The position numbers and the translations under genes were made by a program. The notes beneath the pieces were generated by a model that saw nothing but the letters and a program-made list of their open reading frames with translations, was not told where the DNA came from and did no database searches. Below are positions 63,582 through 64,000 of a DNA stretch of 64,000 nt, piece after piece (the first letter of the stretch is position 1; each line of letters opens with the position of its first letter). Source of the stretch: Alsobacter sp. (GTDB lineage Bacteria; Pseudomonadota; Alphaproteobacteria; Rhizobiales; Beijerinckiaceae); assembly GCA_046349155.1 (NCBI GenBank), contig JAXMCW010000005.1, positions 55,822 through 119,821 on the forward strand, given 5' to 3'.

Positions 63582-63700
63582 TGGCGCGCCCGAAACGATT
63601 CGAACGTCAGACTCTCAGATTCGTAGGCGTAGAATCGCAATGTCGGCAGCTCTATACATCCTCATCAGCGTTCACGTGAGCCTATGAAGCTACGGGCGAG
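63582..63700 (-). pseudogene. Disrupted tRNA-Arg(ACG)-like sequence (intact-looking 3' half, fragmentary 5' part)
   Basis: The minus strand reads ...CTACGAA-TCTGA-GAGTC-TGACG-TTCGAAT-CGTTT-CGGGCGC-G-CCA. This gives an anticodon loop with ACG, variable loop, T-arm with G53-C61, acceptor 3' strand and CCA. About 70 nt upstream, TCGCCCG-TA-GCTT resembles the acceptor 5' strand plus the start of the D-arm. The middle does not fold as a tRNA. Confidence 0.35.
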
Positions 63701-63823
63701 CAGATATTAGCGTGATTTTGTACTTCGATGGACCGCTATGCATGAGCTTGAGCCCACTTAAGGGCACGAGATTGTAACCGAGGTGGAACCCAGACTGTCG
63801 CGACGCGATTGCAAGAGCATTGA

Positions 63824-64000
63824 TCAGGCAGTCGGCATGGTTCCGCCATCGATGACGACCTCGGTCCCGGTGATCGTCGCCGCCCGGTCAGAGGCCAGGA
63901 ACGCGATGAGGCTGGCAACCTCCTCGGGCTGCGACGGGCGGCCGATCGGAATGCCGCCGATCGAGTCCATGGTGATTTTCTTGCCGCCTTCCAGATCGGT
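63824..64000 (-). CDS. SDR-family oxidoreductase, C-terminal part only (continues beyond window)
   Basis: The minus-strand translation ...[48 protein letters not shown] is a typical SDR C-terminus. Confidence 0.75.
   Translation of the reverse strand, partial: TDLEGGKKITMDSIGGIPIGRPSQPEEVASLIAFLASDRAATITGTEVVIDGGTMPTA

Noticed and set aside
63661-63668. CTGATGAG on the minus strand inside the tRNA-like region, considered as a hammerhead ribozyme core.
   Set aside because: No appropriately placed GAAA plus helix III and cleavage-site context lies on the same strand. The CGAAAC nearby (63591-63596) is on the opposite strand.
63582-63700. Interpretation as an intact tRNA, an intron-containing tRNA, or a two-piece alphaproteobacterial tmRNA.
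   Set aside because: D and anticodon stems cannot be formed. The ~40-60-nt excess is far too short for a group I intron. The acceptor stem lacks the G3:U70 alanine identity pair expected for tmRNA.

Overview
High-GC alphaproteobacterial-type DNA with Hyphomicrobiales/Rhizobiales-like gene content. The taxon cannot be proven from sequence alone. No rRNA genes, intact tRNA genes or CRISPR arrays were seen.

The left half (1-31 kb) is an accessory mosaic.
- Four very large RTX (hemolysin-type Ca-binding repeat) genes are present. Three carry a near-identical 1,989-bp C-terminal cassette and the fourth carries a diverged version. Their N-terminal heads are unrelated, and one head is a serralysin-like metzincin.
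- A PrtD/HlyD-type type I secretion ABC and adaptor pair lies downstream. No outer-membrane factor is in the window.
- An IS630-family element with an A7G frameshift site sits in an RTX remnant.
- A visibly AT-richer islet (10.4-16.9 kb) carries two divergent operons. One encodes a small acidic ORF, a class-B-like radical SAM enzyme, a methyltransferase and an SDR. The other encodes an aldolase-fold protein, an M14 peptidase and a kinase-like protein. I do not recognise this combination as a described pathway.
- Two paralogous small ATP-grasp genes flank ugd.

The middle (31-38 kb) holds a host-GC phage-like recombination module (RecT, HNH and small ORFs), then a 740-bp ORF-poor gap and three unknown ORFs.

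The right half is mostly ordinary.
- LuxR-ABC exporter-LuxR.
- A TRAP transporter, a GntR/FadR regulator, a NanA/DapA-like lyase and a DUF2817-like protein.
- A GH5 glycosidase, a LapG-type BTLCP protease, and a secreted Cys-repeat protein with a (G4-5H)5 poly-Gly tail.
- A minus-strand cluster encoding an ATP-citrate-lyase-like pair, a cyclase-fold/SRPBCC protein, a tandem HD-GYP-like LuxR-HTH regulator, a cytoplasmic AmiC-like sensor and RidA.
- A broken tRNA-Arg(ACG)-like sequence near the right edge.

Many long ORFs in the supplied track are antisense or alternate-frame artefacts of high GC and were rejected.
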